42,126 bases of DNA from Candidatus Iainarchaeum sp. (GCA_017608995.1 JAFCEU010000001.1:1-42126), one strand, 5' to 3'; counted from the first letter of the stretch, positions 16,223 to 25,482 are shown. The notes: generated from the sequence alone by a model not told the origin. Translations and numbers: made by a program.

Positions 16223-16444
16223 TTAAAAACCTGCCGCAGCCCTTGCGGCTTCTATGTCAGCAGTGATATCTGCCAGTTTTTTCTCTAATTGTGCCTTTTT
16301 CTGTTCCATTTCTTCAATTGTCATAAATTCTGTTTTTTCCTGTTTCACTGTCATTTTAATTCTATTATGTTCAACTATTCTTCCATCGCTTCCTGGGACA
16401 GATATTTTTCCGAGGTATTCTATTTTTTTGCTTAATTGTTTCAT
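16223..16444 (-). CDS. hypothetical coiled-coil protein (73 aa)
   Basis: AGAGGTGGAA SD before the ATG. Confidence 0.65.
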   Translation of the reverse strand: MKQLSKKIEYLGKISVPGSDGRIVEHNRIKMTVKQEKTEFMTIEEMEQKKAQLEKKLADITADIEAARAAAGF

Positions 16445-16459
16445 AATTCCACCTCTTTT

Positions 16460-18433
16460 TTAATACAGTGTGTTTACTCCTCCGCCACTGTCTTTATAAA
16501 CGAGTTTCGATTGAGTGGTTGAGTAGTAGATTGAATTATTAGGTGCTGCCGCATCTGTGGAGCTGATTGGCCTGAAATACCCGCTTCCGTCTATTACGGT
16601 TGAACCGCCGACGTCAATGTTTCCGTCGCTGTCAATTGAAACTTTAGTGTTCCAGCCAGAGTCGCGAATATTGAAACTTCTTGCCCCGGCTGAGTCTCCC
16701 AAAATAACATAGGCGCTCTTATTGGAAGCGCAGATTGTATAAACATTCCCGCCATACCCTATGAAGATGTCATTATTAGATGAAATTACTCCATACCCAG
16801 ATGCGTTTATATACATGCCAACATATTTGCCGCTTTGGTCGTCATACCCATTCACCTTAACCCCTACACTGTCCGCTCCCTGATTTAGTGTTATTCCTGT
16901 TGAGCCATCCCCTGTTGCTGTTATGCTTCCTGTTGATAATGTCCCTGTTGTGCTTAAATCTTCATCACCGAAATCTATGCTTCCTGTTGAATCTGTTATT
17001 GAACCGGTTCCTAAGGTCATTGTATTTACTGTTACAAAATTTATAGATGTCAGGTTGCTGAATATTGGAGTTCCACTGGTTGTTACATCCTGGTCAATAT
17101 AGGTATGTGATGTTCCATCAGAAGTTGAATGGGTTTCAGAAATTGTAATTGTATCAGTTGTAGCATCGCCAGTTACAGTAATTGCTCCTCCAACAGCTAA
17201 ATTTAATGTATCTGCAAAGCTCTCTGCTACAGGGTTAGTTCCAGCAGGGCAGGAAATGGTTTTAAAGATATAGACATCTGTTCCGCCTTGCTGTAATGTT
17301 CCTGCATTTATTGTCCCTGTTGTGCTTAAATCTTCATCACCGAAATCAATGCTTCCTGTTGAATCTGTTATTGAACCGGTTGCTAAGGTCATTGTATTTA
17401 CTGTTACCTGACTGAATGTTGGAGTTCCACTGGTTGTTACATCCTGGTCAATATAGGTATGTGATGTTCCATCAGAAGTTGAATGGGTTTCAGAAATTGT
17501 AATTGTATCAGTTGCCGCATCGCCAGTTACAGTAATTGCTCCTCCAACAGCTAAATTCAATGTATCTGCAAAGCTCTCTGCTACAGGGTTAGTTCCAGCA
17601 GGGCAGGAAATAGTTTTAAAGATATAGACATCTGTTCCGCCTTGCTGTAATGTTCCTGCATTTATTGTCCCTGTTGTGCTCAAATCTTCATCACCGAAAT
17701 CAATGCTTCCTGTTGAATCTGTTATTGAACTACCAGCAATAGTAAGTGTTCCTGCAGTAATAGATGTGTTTGCTTGTATTGTTCCGAACCCAGACAGATT
17801 ACTTCCACTCCAAGATGCAGTTCCGTCTGTTAAAGAAACTAGTCCTGTTCCAGCTCCTCCTGTAAAACTAATAGTCCCGTCTGTTAATGTTCCTGCATTT
17901 ATTGTCCCTGTTGTGCTTAAATCTTCATCACCGAAATCAATGCTTCCTGTTGAGCTTGTGAGTGAGTCAGTTGCAATGGTTATGTTTCCAAATGTTGCTG
18001 CTACCCCAGAAATACCCCATCCGCCCAAGTTTATGTCTTGATTGGCGTTTGAGCCATCAAGTTTTAGCCACTGTGTGTCGCCATATGAATCCACTCTTGC
18101 ATCAGTGTAATACAAATTAGTTGCGCCTTCAGGGATATCATCTGTATCAACTTGGCCTGGACCGCTTCCCCAATCTATATGGGTATCCTTAACGGCATCT
18201 ATCGCATCTGCTATCGCCCCAACTTGGGCAGCTGTTACATTATGAGGGTTTGACATGTCAGCAATGTGGTCCTGGGCTGTCTTCAAAGTGGTTGTTGTGT
18301 CCCAGCCGCTTCCCCCATACCTTGCGTCATGGTCGGAATTGGTGCCATCTAAATCAGGCATATCTGTTAAATCAGTATGGCTAATCTGCTCAAATGGCAA
18401 ACCCCGATGATGCCTAATTTTGGGCATATTCAT
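16460..18433 (-). CDS. fibre-like repeat protein (about 657 aa)
   Basis: N-terminal ...DHIADMSNPHNVTAAQVGA... motif, which is common in phage tail-fibre proteins. Gly/Thr/Ser-rich, with four STGSIDFGDEDLSTTGT motifs. Start is ambiguous (ATG 18436/18433/18427) and overlaps the upstream gene. Confidence 0.85.
   Translation of the reverse strand: MNMPKIRHHRGLPFEQISHTDLTDMPDLDGTNSDHDARYGGSGWDTTTTLKTAQDHIADMSNPHNVTAAQVGAIADAIDAVKDTHIDWGSGPGQVDTDDIPEGATNLYYTDARVDSYGDTQWLKLDGSNANQDINLGGWGISGVAATFGNITIATDSLTSSTGSIDFGDEDLSTTGTINAGTLTDGTISFTGGAGTGLVSLTDGTASWSGSNLSGFGTIQANTSITAGTLTIAGSSITDSTGSIDFGDEDLSTTGTINAGTLQQGGTDVYIFKTISCPAGTNPVAESFADTLNLAVGGAITVTGDAATDTITISETHSTSDGTSHTYIDQDVTTSGTPTFSQVTVNTMTLATGSITDSTGSIDFGDEDLSTTGTINAGTLQQGGTDVYIFKTISCPAGTNPVAESFADTLNLAVGGAITVTGDATTDTITISETHSTSDGTSHTYIDQDVTTSGTPIFSNLTSINFVTVNTMTLGTGSITDSTGSIDFGDEDLSTTGTLSTGSITATGDGSTGITLNQGADSVGVKVNGYDDQSGKYVGMYINASGYGVISSNNDIFIGYGGNVYTICASNKSAYVILGDSAGARSFNIRDSGWNTKVSIDSDGNIDVGGSTVIDGSGYFRPISSTDAAAPNNSIYYSTTQSKLVYKDSGGGVNTLY
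16941..17725. repeat. near-identical tandem duplication inside the fibre gene (periods 372 and 354 bp), with a further partial unit starting at 17904
   Basis: GTCCCTGTTGTGCTTAAATCTTCATCACCGAAATC... recurs at 16941, 17313, 17667 and 17904. Units 1 and 2 differ mainly by one short indel block. Confidence 0.9.
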
Positions 18434-18830
18434 CATATCTCCAAATCTCAACTTCAACAACAATGCCTGCGGTTTCACTCATTACATAAATCGCGTTAAT
18501 TTCACGGTTTGGCACTGTGTCTTCACTTAAAACATCTCCTGAAGAAAGCGTCATATAAGTTGAATGGGTTGGCTCAAAACAGTATTTCAGCTCATAGTTG
18601 CCACGAGCCTTCAACTGCCAGGTAACAATCTCGGGCTCTAATTTTATTTCATACCATTTCCCAGCCTCGTTCAAATAATGGTTAATGATGTGTGAGTAAA
18701 TTGGCCTTTTTTCTTCAGTTTTAACCTCTTTTACCTCTTTTACCTCCTTTGTTGGCTTAATGCCTTTTTTCAATTCTTCAGCCAAAAAAACCACTTGAGG
18801 CCAAGAAAAACTATTTTTCAACGATAGCAA
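18414..18830 (-). CDS. hypothetical protein; start codon uncertain
   Basis: No ATG near the 5' end (TTG at 18830 or GTG a few codons in). Contains (KEV)3; the C-terminal beta-rich part overlaps the fibre gene start. Confidence 0.55.
   Translation of the reverse strand: MLSLKNSFSWPQVVFLAEELKKGIKPTKEVKEVKEVKTEEKRPIYSHIINHYLNEAGKWYEIKLEPEIVTWQLKARGNYELKYCFEPTHSTYMTLSSGDVLSEDTVPNREINAIYVMSETAGIVVEVEIWRYDEYAQN
18724..18750. repeat. 9-bp tandem repeat x3 (mRNA sense AAAGAGGT-A/T)
   Basis: ACCTCTTTT ACCTCTTTT ACCTCCTTT on the + strand; encodes KEVKEVKEV and resembles three SD sequences. Confidence 0.85.
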
Positions 18831-18963
18831 CTATATCCCCTGCCTGATTTCTGACAAAAAAAGTGGCTTTGTCCTTCGTTGCCATAACATTGTAGGTAAG
18901 GAAAGCCAAGAATGAAAGGACCCCTATGCTTACAATCAATAAAACTGTATCTCCACTATCCAT
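18811..18963 (-). CDS. small membrane protein (50 aa)
   Basis: ATG 18963; VLLIVSIGVLSFLAFL hydrophobic segment. Verified by hand; weak SD. Confidence 0.45.
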   Translation of the reverse strand: MDSGDTVLLIVSIGVLSFLAFLTYNVMATKDKATFFVRNQAGDIVAIVEK

Positions 18964-18975
18964 AATAGCTATTAC

Positions 18976-20019
18976 TCAAACTGAATTAATAAGTTTTTTC
19001 CATTGGTCCCCGCATTTTTGAATGGAAAATTGTTCTTCAACGACTTTTCTTGGAGAGAACTCGTTTTCCAACACTTTTGCAACCGCTTCCCTGTATGGTT
19101 CATATTCCCAAAATTTAACTCTAATCCCAAGCCTTTTGTTCCAAAAGTCCCACCAAACACCAGTTTTTTGGGTAATAACCGGAATGTTGCATGCGGCTGC
19201 CTCCAAGCTGCTTAACCCAAAGCTTTCACAGCAGGTTGGCAAAACAAAAAAATCAGCTAAATTATATATTTCCGGCATTTGGCTTCTTGGGAGCATTTGA
19301 ATAATGCGTACATTCTTGCTTTTCGCTTTATTTGGAGCGGGCTCAGTAAAGCAAACCACCCAAAAAACGTCTTTGAATTCTTTTATAAGCCTTGTGAGAA
19401 TATGCCACCCCTTGGCCGGATGGAACTTTATTACACTCAAGCCCACTTTTTTATCTAACGGAATACCCCATTTGCGCCTTAAAATCTTTTTTTTGCCCAA
19501 GGGTCTGAATTTCTGCATACTAACCCCCTCATTTATGACTTTATGGCACTTGACATCAATTTTTTTCATATAGGCCTGCATGAATTTGCTTACAGCAACA
19601 TTGCAGGCTGACTTCTCACCTGTTTTTCTCTGTAAGTCAGTGCAAGCATTATAATGTTCCATGCTTTCCAAAAAATAGCCATAAAAATATAAAATCTTAG
19701 AAATGGTATCAAAAGGGTCCTGGAAAACCGTTACAATCGGTGTCTCCAAATCAAAGTAACCGCCAATCGCTGAATTTTTAACAATTACATCCAAAGGAAA
19801 AATTTTTTCATACTCTTTCAAGTAGTCCTCAATAATCCGAGACCTAAAAACAGCGTCAAAACCCTGCCTAATAAGGTTAACATTTAAAGCCTTTGCAGCT
19901 GAAGAAAAGGAAATCTGAGGAGCATTCAAAATTTCACTCAAATAAGAAAAAAAGGTTTCTTGGCCTCCGCTCCATTCATCTGACTTATTCCAGTTAACAA
20001 TTAAAGCCTTTTTCATCAA
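18976..20019 (-). CDS. glycosyltransferase, GT-B fold (group 1 / GT4-like)
   Basis: C-terminal ...LPTCCESFGLSSLEAAACNIPVI... matches the E-x7-E region of group-1 glycosyltransferases. Confidence 0.85.
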   Translation of the reverse strand: MMKKALIVNWNKSDEWSGGQETFFSYLSEILNAPQISFSSAAKALNVNLIRQGFDAVFRSRIIEDYLKEYEKIFPLDVIVKNSAIGGYFDLETPIVTVFQDPFDTISKILYFYGYFLESMEHYNACTDLQRKTGEKSACNVAVSKFMQAYMKKIDVKCHKVINEGVSMQKFRPLGKKKILRRKWGIPLDKKVGLSVIKFHPAKGWHILTRLIKEFKDVFWVVCFTEPAPNKAKSKNVRIIQMLPRSQMPEIYNLADFFVLPTCCESFGLSSLEAAACNIPVITQKTGVWWDFWNKRLGIRVKFWEYEPYREAVAKVLENEFSPRKVVEEQFSIQKCGDQWKKLINSV

Positions 20020-20756
20020 ATCACTTTCCTTCCAAGCAGTTTGTTGATTTTCTGGAAGATTCGCTGGTTGTTTTCACTAATCTTTTGTATCCTCTGCTGC
20101 TGCGTAACCATTCCAGAATGCATCCTGTATTTAAACAAGGGCAGCGGGACGTGCTTGAACTTAATCCTTTTAACCAGCATGCATCTAAGCAAATGCTCCA
20201 AGTCCTCTCCAAAACGCAGTGTTTCGTCAAAATTGTTTTCTTTAAACAGTTTAGTTGGCCCAAACAGGTTATAGCACACGCTCATGGTATTGTTTCTCGC
20301 TTGAACAACAGAGTTGATTACAAAGTCTTCATAGCTTTTAAACTCTGGTGCTCTGAATAAGCTTATTATCTCGCCGCCCACATTTATAACAAAATAGTCT
20401 GAGAAAAGAAAGCTTTTTCTGTCCGCATGTTTCAGCATTTCCTCCAAATAATTCGGCATAAACAAGTCATCTGCACTCAAAAAGCACAAATACTCTCCTC
20501 TGGCTTCTTTTACGCCTCTTGCCCGTGTTCCGCCAATGCCAAGGTTTTCCTCATTCCTTACATATCTGACATTCCGGCGGAACATTTGACCCCAGTTAAT
20601 GGCTTCAGGGCTTTTGTCAGTTGAGGCGTCATCAACCACGACAACTTCAAAGTCCTTAAAGGTCTGGTTGAAAACGCTTTCAATCGCCTGCCCAACAAAC
20701 ATTTCTGCATTATAGCAGGGGATTACCACACTAATCATTTTACCGCCTTTTTCCAT
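20016..20756 (-). CDS. glycosyltransferase family 2
   Basis: AAGGAG SD. ISVVIPCYNAEMFVGQAIESVFNQTFKDFEVVVVDDASTD plus LSADDL (DxD). Confidence 0.9.
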   Translation of the reverse strand: MEKGGKMISVVIPCYNAEMFVGQAIESVFNQTFKDFEVVVVDDASTDKSPEAINWGQMFRRNVRYVRNEENLGIGGTRARGVKEARGEYLCFLSADDLFMPNYLEEMLKHADRKSFLFSDYFVINVGGEIISLFRAPEFKSYEDFVINSVVQARNNTMSVCYNLFGPTKLFKENNFDETLRFGEDLEHLLRCMLVKRIKFKHVPLPLFKYRMHSGMVTQQQRIQKISENNQRIFQKINKLLGRKVI

Positions 20757-21187
20757 TTCTTAAACTCCTTTAAAGCCAAGGCAAAGGCTTCCGCTAATTC
20801 AACAAATTCCTTATGCGAAACATCCAGCCTATAAGATTTATAGTGTATGTGAATCATATTTTTTGGCATATGCGGCAGGTCTCCCTGCACCTCTATTTTA
20901 AAATCAGTCGGTCTTCTGCCATGAACTGGCGGTATTTTATGGAAAAACAGGTATTCTGGCAGCGATTTATTCGGCTCTGGGGCAGGGCAACCATTGTCCC
21001 TCCATTTCTCGTAAGCAGTAGTTACCGCTTCACAAAATTGGCAGAATTCTTCTTCGTCAAAAATCAGTCTCAGGTTACGCCAATGCAAATGAAAGTCCTC
21101 ACACCTCTCAACTGTATGCATGTCAGCATAAATATCTGAAACAGGGTCCACTTTACCATCAAACAACATTTTTTTCACGCTACCCAT
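20735..21187 (-). CDS. hypothetical protein (150 aa)
   Basis: ORF in the glycan island; His/Cys-containing; no family recognised. Confidence 0.65.
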   Translation of the reverse strand: MGSVKKMLFDGKVDPVSDIYADMHTVERCEDFHLHWRNLRLIFDEEEFCQFCEAVTTAYEKWRDNGCPAPEPNKSLPEYLFFHKIPPVHGRRPTDFKIEVQGDLPHMPKNMIHIHYKSYRLDVSHKEFVELAEAFALALKEFKKWKKAVK

Positions 21188-21638
21188 TCAAAGCCTCCTC
21201 AATTTTTTTTAATAGGTTTTCCTGCCTCTGCCCCATTGTTCCCTCAAACTCTGGCAAAACATCGTCCATGGTATTATTGCGCTTATGCTTCCCCAAATAC
21301 TGTTTCAAAACCCTATCAAAAGGAACAAACAAGTAAATGAAGGAAATCTTCCGACCTGTTTCCCTCCTGATAAACTCAATGGTGTTGTCCTCATCAAATT
21401 TATACCAAAAACGGTTCCACTTAAACCAGTTGTCCACAACAAAACCAGCGTCCCTTTCGTTGAGTTTTTTAATAAAAGCATTCAAAAACTGCTTTTTATT
21501 GTTCTTGCTTTTTTTGTGGTATTCTTCATCAAAATCAACATAACCATAGCCTTTTAAACAAGCGTATTCCTTGGCAAAAGTAGTTTTCCCGCTGCCCATC
21601 AAACCACATACGACAACCAACTCAGCCAATTTTACCAC
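21180..21638 (-). CDS. P-loop kinase-like protein (AAA_33 / zeta-toxin / PNK-like)
   Basis: VVVCGLMGSGKTTFAKEY Walker A near the N-terminus; about 150 aa; GTG start. Confidence 0.7.
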   Translation of the reverse strand: MVKLAELVVVCGLMGSGKTTFAKEYACLKGYGYVDFDEEYHKKSKNNKKQFLNAFIKKLNERDAGFVVDNWFKWNRFWYKFDEDNTIEFIRRETGRKISFIYLFVPFDRVLKQYLGKHKRNNTMDDVLPEFEGTMGQRQENLLKKIEEALNG

Positions 21639-21708
21639 CTTTTTGGAATTTCATTACTGCCTGTTCAAATCCTGTTCCCCAAAGGTTTTATCAGCAAAAT
21701 CTTTTTAG

Positions 21709-22230
21709 TCAAACCTTTTTCACCACGCAAAAAAATTCTTGTTTTTGCCAAGGAGCAACCTCCAGCTCCTGTATTTTTCCAAACTTTTTAACCAATTCTT
21801 CAAATTCCTGTGGAGAAAATTCTTTTAAGTGGTCTGGTGAATGAACCCAGTTTCTTTTGTCTGGAGTGACTATGATTAGCTTTCCTCCTTTTTTCAAAAC
21901 CCTGAACCATTCTTCCAAAGCCTTTTTTGCTTCAATGTGTTCAATTAGGTGGCTTGATATAACAAAATCAAAGCATTCGTCAGCAAAAGGCAGTTTTCTC
22001 GCATCCCACTGCAAATCCGCTTCTGATATAAAGCCCTTTGTTTTGTTGGTTATTCCCCCTTTTTGAATAATATCCACATTTAGGATTTCCCCGCTAACCC
22101 TGCTGTGCCCTCCGCCCAATTCAATTCCAAGACCCTTGCAGTGAGTTAAAATCCATTCCTTTCTTTTCAGTTTGAAGGGAAACTCCTCGTCTGATGGGCT
22201 TTTGTGCAGCTTAAACAAGCAACTCACCAT
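21709..22230 (-). CDS. class I SAM-dependent methyltransferase
   Basis: LGIELGGG (motif I), FDFVISSHLIEHI, VLKKGGKLIIVTP. Start taken at ATG 22230 (the track ORF extends to 22299 inside the upstream gene). Confidence 0.8.
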   Translation of the reverse strand: MVSCLFKLHKSPSDEEFPFKLKRKEWILTHCKGLGIELGGGHSRVSGEILNVDIIQKGGITNKTKGFISEADLQWDARKLPFADECFDFVISSHLIEHIEAKKALEEWFRVLKKGGKLIIVTPDKRNWVHSPDHLKEFSPQEFEELVKKFGKIQELEVAPWQKQEFFCVVKKV

Positions 22231-22948
22231 ATTCAATTGGCTTCGGTTTTTTGCATATCTTTGGTTCACAGCCTTCAGGAAACAGCTCATGGGAAACATG
22301 CTCTAAAACCAGCCCGCTTTCGTCCAAGCATTTTTTTCTGATTTCTACAGGCACGCCGTGAGCTGTCCGCTCTCTCCACCTGTCAACAATAAACCTATAG
22401 GTTGAATACCCGTAGTGAATCACAGTAAAAGGGGCAAGCCCCTGTTTGCCCAATCCTTGCGGAAACAAATCCAAATGCAGGCCCTTTCCAACAGCAAATT
22501 TTAGCCTTCCGTTGTTCCTCCACAGCCTCAAAAATTTACCTGACCCCAAATAATCTTTTCTGGCCCAGCAATCGCTCCTCCACAAAGTTATCTCTGGAAA
22601 CCAATAACCGTCAGCGCCGGAAGCAAACTCACAAAAATCTCTTAAACTGTTCGTTCCCTTTCTATCCAAAACCTCATCGCAGTCAAGCCAGAAGAACCAG
22701 TCAATATCAGGGCGTTTCTTCAAAGCAAACTCTAAAAGCTGCTGCTTGTGCGCTGTCTCATTCAAGAAATCGTTTTCCTTTCCTTCTAAAATCAAGCCGG
22801 TGTATTCTTTTGCGACTTCAACGCTGTTATCTGTGCTCCCATCATCATAAAAAGCGATTTCATCACAATAACGCTGCATATTATCAAGACAGCGTCTCAA
22901 GTTTCCCTTGGATTCCTCATTATAGCATTGGACAAAACCACAAATCAT
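22211..22948 (-). CDS. glycosyltransferase family 2-like
   Basis: FVQCYNEE...FYDDGSTDNS...WLDCDEV; ATG 22948 just after the radical SAM stop. Confidence 0.8.
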   Translation of the reverse strand: MICGFVQCYNEESKGNLRRCLDNMQRYCDEIAFYDDGSTDNSVEVAKEYTGLILEGKENDFLNETAHKQQLLEFALKKRPDIDWFFWLDCDEVLDRKGTNSLRDFCEFASGADGYWFPEITLWRSDCWARKDYLGSGKFLRLWRNNGRLKFAVGKGLHLDLFPQGLGKQGLAPFTVIHYGYSTYRFIVDRWRERTAHGVPVEIRKKCLDESGLVLEHVSHELFPEGCEPKICKKPKPIEYGELLV

Positions 22949-22952
22949 TTCA

Positions 22953-23924
22953 TCACACAAATTTCTGGTGCTTTATGTCTGAGATTAAAATATCCAACAG
23001 TTCATTGTAATGGGAATAATAACACTTATCGCATTTCGAGCCATCAAAACACCTTTGGTTTGCCCAGATTTCCTCTATTTCATCAACAGAGCCCATTTCA
23101 CCCTCATAATCACGCTTCGGGTTCTTGAACATATACTGCGATCCACAACAAGGGTAAAGCTTGCCGTTTGCTCCAACAACAGGTTTCAGCAAGCTTATTA
23201 AGCATTTTTTAGTGCCCTTAGTCCAAGTGCCTCTATCCTGATAAATTACTTTACTATCGTCAACACCAAGCTTTTTCAAAACAAACTTAACTGCCTCCAT
23301 TTTCCCTTCAAGCTTGTTAGCGATAAAAATATCATTAACAAGCCTAACATGTGTGAAATCGTATTCGTTGGCGTACTCAATCATTTTTTGAATCAAAGGC
23401 AAGTTGGGGTTTTCTCCAACAACATATGAAAACGCCCAATCAGTATTCCCTCTAAGCCAAGCCATCTTCAAAGGCCCTTCAATTTCCTCGAATTTTCGAT
23501 GGTCGCCTAAGGAAATTCTGCACCAGCGAAGCATATCTATGGTTTTTTTCGAAAGCCTATTGAGAAGAGTTCCGTTTGTTACTAAGCCCATCTCTATTCC
23601 CATTTCGTGAATTGCCCAAATTAAAGCATCTATGTGATTGTGCTTCAGAGGCTCGCCTCCGCCCGTGATGGTCACACTTTTACATCCAAGCTTCTTAAAT
23701 TTTTGCATTACATCAACAATTTTCTCAAAAGGCATTTCGATTTTTTTGTCCCTTGCACTGCAGGAACAGAAAGGACAGTTCAGGTTACAACGATTAGTTG
23801 GGTTCAATTGAACATGGATTGGCGGAATTTGTTTTCTCTCAGTCAAGTTCTTCATCAGTTCTTTGTTGAAAAACACTTTCACTGGGAATGCGCTGGCCGC
23901 AGTATAGGATTCTTTTTCATTCAT
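22953..23924 (-). CDS. radical SAM enzyme with Cys-rich C-terminal domain
   Basis: GGGAGG SD; ATGA overlap with the upstream GT. NPTNRCNLNCPFCS (CxxxCxxC), GGGEP, and C-terminal ...YPCCGSQ...CFDGSKCDKCYY. Confidence 0.9.
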   Translation of the reverse strand: MNEKESYTAASAFPVKVFFNKELMKNLTERKQIPPIHVQLNPTNRCNLNCPFCSCSARDKKIEMPFEKIVDVMQKFKKLGCKSVTITGGGEPLKHNHIDALIWAIHEMGIEMGLVTNGTLLNRLSKKTIDMLRWCRISLGDHRKFEEIEGPLKMAWLRGNTDWAFSYVVGENPNLPLIQKMIEYANEYDFTHVRLVNDIFIANKLEGKMEAVKFVLKKLGVDDSKVIYQDRGTWTKGTKKCLISLLKPVVGANGKLYPCCGSQYMFKNPKRDYEGEMGSVDEIEEIWANQRCFDGSKCDKCYYSHYNELLDILISDIKHQKFV

Positions 23925-25096
23925 ATTCCAAGCCTCCCATGCGCGTAATCTACAACCAAAGGCCTGTTTTCTATTCTTTTCATCAGCTCTGCCCAAGCGT
24001 CTATTGAACGTTTCCAAGAAAACTGTAATGCATACTTCCTGCCCTTTTCACCCATCTCCTTTCTCATTTCCAGAGAATTATACAATCTGCCCAGACATTC
24101 AGCGAACTCCAGTTCGTCAACTATCACCTTGTCCGCGATCAAGGGAGTAACCCATCTACAAGCCGGCTTTGCAAGCAATCCAGCACCAGACTCTTGCACC
24201 AACTCGGTCAAAGCAGTGCAGTCTGTCGCCACCACTGGAATGCCGCAAGACATTGCTTCCAAAACCGGAAGGCAAAAGCTTTCACCGCGTGAAGCGGTTA
24301 CGAAAACGTCAGCCATGTTATAGAGTTCAGCCATTTGCTTTTCATTGAATCCAGCATCTCTATTGAAGCCTTCAGTGTAAAAAACCTTGTCCGCTATTCC
24401 AAGCCTTTGAGCCATCAACTCTAAGTTTATTCCATCTGATGCAGTGGGATTACAGTGCAAATGCAAAATGGCATTAGCCTTTGAGTTAACCAGAAACAGT
24501 TTGAAGGCATATAACAGCTCGCTTATGCCTTTTTGAAAGCCCTTATTCGTTCCAACGTATAGGAAAACGAATTTTCCTTTATAGCCTGCTTTTTTCTTTA
24601 ATTCACTTTTCTTCTTCTCTGGAAAAGGCCTAAATGTATCCAAATTGACTCCGTGGGGTATTCTGACAACTTTTTTAAGACCATAGTCAAGTAACTGCTT
24701 TTCACTGAACTTTGAAGGCGCAACCAAGACATCTGCTTCCCTGTAAATTGTAGCGAGCTTAGGTGGCACTGGAACGGTATTTACTATTGTATGGCAAACC
24801 CAAGTTTTGTCCTTTATAATTGATTTTGGAATCCAAGAAAACTGGGGCATCCAGTTATCAACCAAAGTGATGATGCAGTCAATATCAAGCTTTTTGACAT
24901 AATAATCAAAAGCATCTTCACCATAAGGGCTGGCAATCAGAGGCAGCCTCCATTTTTCTCTTTGCAAGCCCCTGTTCTGCAAACCAAGCTCGTAAATATT
25001 AAACCCTTTAGCCCTAAGCCCAGTAACAACATTATAGGCAATTTTTCCAAAAGCAGAAGTTATGTTGCTTGAGGCTCCGAAAAAAAGAATGTTCAT
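23921..25096 (-). CDS. glycosyltransferase, GT-B fold (group 1 / GT4-like)
   Basis: ...VTASRGESFCLPVLEAMSCGIPVVATD... E-x7-E region; 391 aa. Confidence 0.9.
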   Translation of the reverse strand: MNILFFGASSNITSAFGKIAYNVVTGLRAKGFNIYELGLQNRGLQREKWRLPLIASPYGEDAFDYYVKKLDIDCIITLVDNWMPQFSWIPKSIIKDKTWVCHTIVNTVPVPPKLATIYREADVLVAPSKFSEKQLLDYGLKKVVRIPHGVNLDTFRPFPEKKKSELKKKAGYKGKFVFLYVGTNKGFQKGISELLYAFKLFLVNSKANAILHLHCNPTASDGINLELMAQRLGIADKVFYTEGFNRDAGFNEKQMAELYNMADVFVTASRGESFCLPVLEAMSCGIPVVATDCTALTELVQESGAGLLAKPACRWVTPLIADKVIVDELEFAECLGRLYNSLEMRKEMGEKGRKYALQFSWKRSIDAWAELMKRIENRPLVVDYAHGRLGI

Positions 25097-25155
25097 ATTA
25101 TTATAAAGAACAATCTCCTATAAATTTGTTTGGTAATAATTGAGAAAAAAGAACT

Positions 25156-25482
25156 TTAAAGTTTTTCTTCAATTGCCTGGACTACTTTTTTCCTGTTCCT
25201 TCCCGCTTCCTCGGCTTCAAGCAAAAGCTTTAAGTCTTCTTCAGAAGATACGGCTTCCAAAGCTTTTACAACGGTTTTAGCGTTCTGGTCCAAAAAGTTT
25301 TCAACATCTTTGGCATCCAAAGTCGTATCAGTTGTTTTCTCTTCCCCTAAACTCACAACACTGTGTGAGCCAACATCATAGAAAACATTTACAGCTCCGC
25401 TGGCTGAATGCTTTTTAACCATGCCCTCAACCTCATCAACAGTGGCATGGGAAGGGACCTTTTCCAAAACAGTTTTCTTCAA
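25156..25482 (-). CDS. hypothetical acidic protein (108 aa, TTG start)
   Basis: AAGGTGAT SD 5 nt before the TTG. Confidence 0.55.
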   Translation of the reverse strand: MKKTVLEKVPSHATVDEVEGMVKKHSASGAVNVFYDVGSHSVVSLGEEKTTDTTLDAKDVENFLDQNAKTVVKALEAVSSEEDLKLLLEAEEAGRNRKKVVQAIEEKL

